A DNA stretch of 64,000 nt from the human T2T-CHM13v2.0 reference genome, Homo sapiens. The first letter of the stretch is position 1, and each line of letters begins with the position of its first letter. The notes under the pieces were generated by a model. The model saw nothing but the letters and a program-made list of their open reading frames with translations. It had not been told where the DNA came from and ran no database searches. Shown here in pieces: positions 58,361-64,000 of this stretch. The translations under genes were made by a program, and so were the position numbers. The stretch is taken from assembly GCF_009914755.1 (NCBI RefSeq), contig NC_060927.1; one strand, given 5' to 3'.

Positions 58361-61145
58361 CCCTGTTTCATTGTGCTTCAAGTTACTGAAGGTCTGCGGC
58401 AACCTTGTGTCAAGTGCCTCTATTGGCTCCATTTTTCAAACAGCATGTGCTCACTGCCTGTCTCTGTGTCACCTTTTGGTAATGCTTGCAGTTCATTATT
58501 TTATCTATTATAATGAACTGTGAGCAGTTACCTTTGATGTTACTATTCTGCTTTTGGGCACCACAAACCACGCCCACACAAGACCGCAAACTTAATAAAG
58601 AAGTATGTTCTGACTGCTCCACCTAATGGGAGTTTTCCCATCTCTCTCCCTCTATTCAGGCCTCCTTATTCCCGGAGACATGACAGTATTGAAAGTAGGC
58701 CAATTAATAACCTACCAGTGTAGGCCTCTAAGTACCCAAGTGAAAGGAAGTGTCCATCCTCAAAATCAATCAATTGCTAAAAATGATGAAGCTTAGTGAG
58801 AAAGGCACGTGGAAAGCTGAGACAGACACAAAGCTAGGCCTCTGGCACCAAACAGCCAAGCTGTGAATGCAAGGAAAAGTTCTGGAAGGAAATTAAAAGT
58901 GCTACTCCAGTGAACACACAAATGATAACAAAGCAAAACAGGCCGGGAGCAGTGGCTCACACCTGCACTTTCAGAGGCTGAGGTGGGTGGATCACCTGAG
59001 GTCAGGAGTTCGAGACCAGCCTGGCCAACATGGTGAAACCCCATCTCCACTAAAAATACAAAAGTTAGCTGGGCGTGGTGGTGGGCGCCTGTAATCCCAG
59101 CTACTCGGGAGGCTGAGGCAAGGAGAACTGCTTGAACCCGGGAGGCGGAGGTTGCAGTGAGCTGAGATCGCACCATTGTACTCTAGCCTGGGTGACAGAG
59201 CAAGACTCTGTCTCAAAAAAAAAAAAAGGAAAGAAAGCAAAACAGCCTTACTGCTGTGCTGCTGAAAAGGAGAAAGTTTTAGTGGTCTGTACAGAAAAAT
59301 CAAACCAGTCACACATTCCCTTAAGCCAAAGCCTAATCCAAAACAAGGTTCTAACTCTTTTCAATCCTATGAAGGCTAAGGGAGTTAAGGAAGCTACGAA
59401 AGAAAAGCTGGAAGCTAGCAGAGGTTGGTTCATGAGGTTGAAGGAAAGAAGCCATCTCCATAACATCAAAGTGCAAGGTGAAGCAGCAAGTGCTGATGCA
59501 GAAGGTGCAGAAACTTATCTAGAAGATGTAGTGAAGACAGTTCACGAAGGTAACAACACTAAATAACAGATTTAAGTTTGACAAAACAGCCTTCTATTGG
59601 AAGAAGATGCCATCAAGGACTTTCACAGCTAGAGAGAAGTCAGTGGCTGCACTCAAAGGTTCAAAAAGGCTGACTTTCTTGTTAGGGGGTAATGCAGCTG
59701 GTGACTTCCAGTTGAAGCCAATGCTCATTTAACATTCCAAAATCCCAGGTCCCTTAAAAATTATGTTAAATCTACTCTGTCTGTGTTCTGTAACTGCAAC
59801 AACAAAACCTGGAAAGACAGCACATCAATTTACAGCATAACTTACTAAATATTTTAAGCCCACTGTTCAGACCTACTGCTCAGAAAAAAGATTCAACATA
59901 TTACTGCTCATTGACAACGCACCTAGTCACGTAAGAGCTCTGACGAAAATGCAAATAAAAATGAATGCTGTTTCCAGTCTGCTAACCCAACATCCATTCT
60001 GCAGCCCATGGATCAAGGAGTCATTTCAACTTTTAAATCTTATTTAAGAAACACATTTTGGCCAGGCACGGAGCCAAATCTCAACACTTTGGGAGGCTGC
60101 GGTGAGAGGATTACTTGAGTCCAAGAGTTTGAGACAAGACCTGGCAACACAGCAAGAAACCATCTCTAAAAAAAAGAAAATTAATTGGGTGTGGTGATCT
60201 ACTCAGGAGGGTGAGGCAGGAGGATCACTTGAGCCGGGGCGGGGAGTCAAGGTTACAGTGAGCTATGACCACTGCACACCAGCCTGGGCATAAATACAGA
60301 TTCCTTTGATGAATCTGGGCAAAGTAAACTGAAAATCTTCTGGAAAGGATTCAGCAGTCTAAATACCATTAAGAACATTCACAACTCATAGGAAGTCAAA
60401 ATATCAACATGAACAGGGCTTTGGAAGAGGTTGATTCCAACCCTCATGGATGACTTTGAGGGGTTTAAGAATTCACTGGAGGAAGTCACTGCAAGTGGGG
60501 TAAAAACTGCAAGAGAACTAGAATTAGAAGTGGAGGATGGCGATATGACTGAATTGCTGCAATCTCATGATCAAACATTAAAGGGAGGGGGGTTGCTTCT
60601 TATGGATGAGCAAAGAAAGTGATTTCTGGAGATGGAATCTACTTCTGCTGAAGATGCTTTTAACACTGTTGAAATGACAACAAAGGATTTAGAATATTGC
60701 ATAAACTTGGTGGATAAAATTGCGGCAAATTCTGAGAAGACTGACTCCAGTTTTGAAAGAAGTTCTACTGTGGGTAAAATACTATCAAACGGCAGCACAT
60801 GCTACAGAGAAATTTTTTGTCGAAGGAAGCAACTGATGCAGCAACTTCACTGCTGTCACATTTTCAGAAACTGCCACAGTACCCATCACCCCAATCAGTC
60901 AGTAGCCATCAATATCAAGACCCTCCACCAACAAAAAGATGACTCACTGAAGATTCAGGGGATCATTAGCACTTTTTAGCAAAAGCTTTTTTTAATTAAG
61001 TTATGTGCTTTTTTTTAGACATAAAGCTACTGCACACTTAATAGACTATGGAATAATGTAAACATAACTTTTATATGCACCAGGAAACCAAACAATTTGG
61101 GACTCGTCTTATTGCAGTGGTCGGAACTGAACCAAAGCAAGCCTG
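58361..61145 (+). mobile_element. Near full-length degenerate Tigger1 DNA transposon with two Alu insertions
   Basis: Transposase remnants ([11 protein letters not shown]...EASRGWFMRLKERSHLHNIKVQGEAASAD; LMDDFEGFK), multiple stops; right end GCCTG followed by TA. Confidence 0.9.
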
Positions 61146-61152
61146 TACTTAC

Positions 61153-61232
61153 TAGCAGTTTAGCTTGCTCTGGAAGAGTGATCTGTTCCCTTTTTCCATC
61201 TGGATACCGCAACATCAGCTGTGCTTTTGGTC
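61153..61232 (-). CDS. UBXN7: UBXN7 penultimate exon (UBX domain N-part)
   Basis: Acceptor cctttag|GA, donor CTA|gtaagt; 80 nt (G)PKAQLMLRYPDGKREQITLPEQAKLL. Confidence 0.93.
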
Positions 61233-61311
61233 CTAAAGGAAGGGTTTAAAAAAAAAAAAAAAACGGGATACAGGAGTTTAAGACAGAATATTAGTTTAAA
61301 TAAATATGTAA

Positions 61312-61588
<277 letters not shown>

Positions 61589-61602
61589 TAAATGTAACTT
61601 AC

Positions 61603-61996
61603 CATTTACATCTATCCCCTCCACTACTCCATCTGCTTTTTCAGGTGGCATCTCCAGTATCTCTGAATCCACAGCTGGCAATCCTTGGTGGTTTGTGGCT
61701 GTTCCAGGATCAGTTCTGACTGGTGGCTCAGTCAGCGGCCTTCTATTCTCCTCTTTTCTATGCCCCAAATCTTTGTGGGGAGACTTTCTGGACTTGGCAA
61801 GATTCTCTACCTCTTCTTCTTCATCAGAGCCACAAACGGATATGAACTCCTCACTGCCAGAAAAAAGTTCAGATTCAGATTCTTCATCTGAGCGGCTATC
61901 CTGTTTTGTCTGTGTTGAATCAAAATGTGTTTCTTGTAAGGAGGCTCTGATGGCAGCTTCTAGCTGGCTGTCTTCACTTGCATCTATAAGGCTCTC
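61603..61996 (-). CDS. UBXN7: UBXN7 internal exon (UIM and acidic linker)
   Basis: Acceptor ctcacag|G, donor ATG|gtaagt; 394 nt [22 protein letters not shown]...GIDVN(G); [16 protein letters not shown] is a UIM. Confidence 0.93.
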
Positions 61997-62510
61997 CTGT
62001 GAGATGGAGTCATAAAACACAGGAAAAAGAACAAGTTAAACCAAAAAACAAGTCAAACGGCATAAGAAATATAATAGCTTGCCATTCATTATTATGTTCT
62101 GCTGACTGTATCCCTTCTACTTTAAGAGCAAGGACTGTGTCTTACACAGCCAAATTGGAATGGAGATATATATATGTGTGTGTATATACACACACACACG
62201 TTTTTGTTGTTTTGTTTTGTTTTGTTTTTGAGATGGAGTCTCACTCTTGTTGCCCAGGCTGGAGTGCAGTGGCACGAACTCGGCTCACTGCAACCTCAGC
62301 CTTCCCAGGTTCAAGCGATTCTCCTGCCTCAGCCTCCCAAGTAGCTGGGATTACAAGCGCCCGCCACCACGCCCAGCTAATTTTTATTTATTTATTTTTT
62401 TGTATTTTTAATAGAGATGGGGTTTCACCACATTGGCCAGGCTGGTCTCAAACTCCTGACCTCGGCCTCCCAAAGTGCTGGGATTACAGGCGTGAGACAC
62501 CGCACCTGGC

Positions 62511-62558
62511 ACATACATACATACATACATACATACATACATACATACATACATACAT
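62511..62558. repeat. (TACA)n microsatellite
   Basis: About 12 ACAT units. Confidence 0.9.
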
Positions 62559-64000
62559 AAATATATATATACACATATTTTTTTTTCTTTCTTTTTTTAA
62601 GAGACAGGGTCTAAGTTCCCCAGGCTGGTCTTGCACTTCTGGATTCAAGTAAGCATACGCATTTTTTTAAATATCAAAATGAAGGCCAGGCCGGGTGGCT
62701 CATGCCTGTAATCCCAGCACTTTGGGAGGCCCAGGTGGGTGGATCAAGAGGTCAAAAGATCGAGACCATCCTGGCCAACATGGTGAAACCCCGCCTCTAC
62801 TAAAAATGATTAAGCTTAGTGAGAAAGGCATGTGGAAAGCTGAGACAGACACAAAGCTAGGCCTCTTGCACCAAACAGCCAAGCTATGAATGCAAGGAAA
62901 AGTTCTTGAAGGAAATTAAAAGTGCTACTCCAGTGAACACACAAATGATAACAAAGCAAAACAGGCCAGGCACAGTGGCTCACACCTGCACTTTGGGAGG
63001 CTTGAGGCGGGCAGATCACCTGAGGTCAGGAGTTCGAGACCAGCCTGGCCAACATGGCGAAACCCCATCTCCACTAAAAATGCAAACATCAGCTGGGCAT
63101 GGTGGTGCGCGCCTGTAGTCGCAGCTACTCAGGAGGCTGAGGCAGGAAAATCACTTGAACCCGGGAGGCAGAAGTTGCCAGAGATTGCGCCACTGCACCC
63201 CAGCCTGGTGACAGAGCGAGACTCCATCTCAAAAAAAAAAAAAAATCAAAACGAACAAAATCAAGAAAAGTTTATCTATTACCTGCCTAGAGAAAGACAA
63301 GAATTAAAAGTTTTAACTATAAAGTCAAAACACCATTCTTTAAAATGACTAAAACATAGAGACAAATGTTTACTTTGTTCACCACTGCATTCTTCAACTA
63401 GTAATTCCATTAATTACAATGAAGGTTTTCATTATGATAACAAGAAATGCAAACTTCTACAGTTTTTCCCTTGGTAAAGTTCTAATGCCACAGATTTTAC
63501 TAAACTTAATGAATCACAAAATACGTTGTTTGAGTGGAACTTACTTAGCTCCTGACTCAAACATACTATAGAGGAAAGAAATCGTAAGATAATCTAAAAT
63601 TGAACACTGGATATTTCAGGATATTACAGAATTACTGCTCATTTTTAAGGGTATAATAATGACATTGTGATAGTATTTTTAAAAATAAAAAAGGCTTTAT
63701 CTTTTAAATATATATGCCAGAGTATTAATTAATGAAACAATGAATTCTGAGATTAGCTTCAAAATAATTCAGATGTGATGGGATACAGAGGAAAGAAGAC
63801 TGGCCATCTGCTGATAATTACCGAAATTAGCTAACAAAGAGGCTCAATAAACTACTTCAACTTTTGAATATGCTTAAAATTTTCCATAATAAATAGGTAA
63901 AAAAAAAAAGTGTGAGTTGCTAATAAAAAACTAAAGAAACCACATTTTGGCTTTTACTATCAGGCAATCATGTAGCAAAAAATTAAAGGGAAAAACATTT

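Noticed and set aside
59132-60979. Active or domesticated Tigger transposase
   Set aside because: Fragmented by stops, frameshifts and Alu insertions

Overview
Primate DNA, almost certainly human chr3q29, very Alu-rich, with three genes all on the minus strand. Left: DYNLT2B/TCTEX1D2 coding exons 1-3 (exons 4-5 lie off the left edge), driven from a CpG island at ~17.1-18.1 kb that carries an RFX X-box; intron 1 is GC-AG and holds a 7-unit compound VNTR. Middle: complete TM4SF19 (non-coding exon 1 at ~37.6-37.7 kb plus four coding exons, 209 aa). Right: the last three coding exons of UBXN7 and a ~9 kb 3'UTR ending near 46.97 kb. Most ORF-track entries are Alu or other repeat artefacts. The most striking unexplained structure is a pair of 667-bp LTR8 solo LTRs, inverted and ~40 kb apart. 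They have different intact TSDs yet are ~99% identical except at one end, pointing to gene conversion and an inversion substrate that would break DYNLT2B. Also notable: in-frame duplicated splice acceptors in TM4SF19, a phase-compatible TM4SF19-DYNLT2B read-through junction, microhomology-bounded templated copies inside Alus, and structured elements in the UBXN7 3'UTR. Gene and repeat names are from recognition, not database searches. No wholly new gene system is demonstrated.
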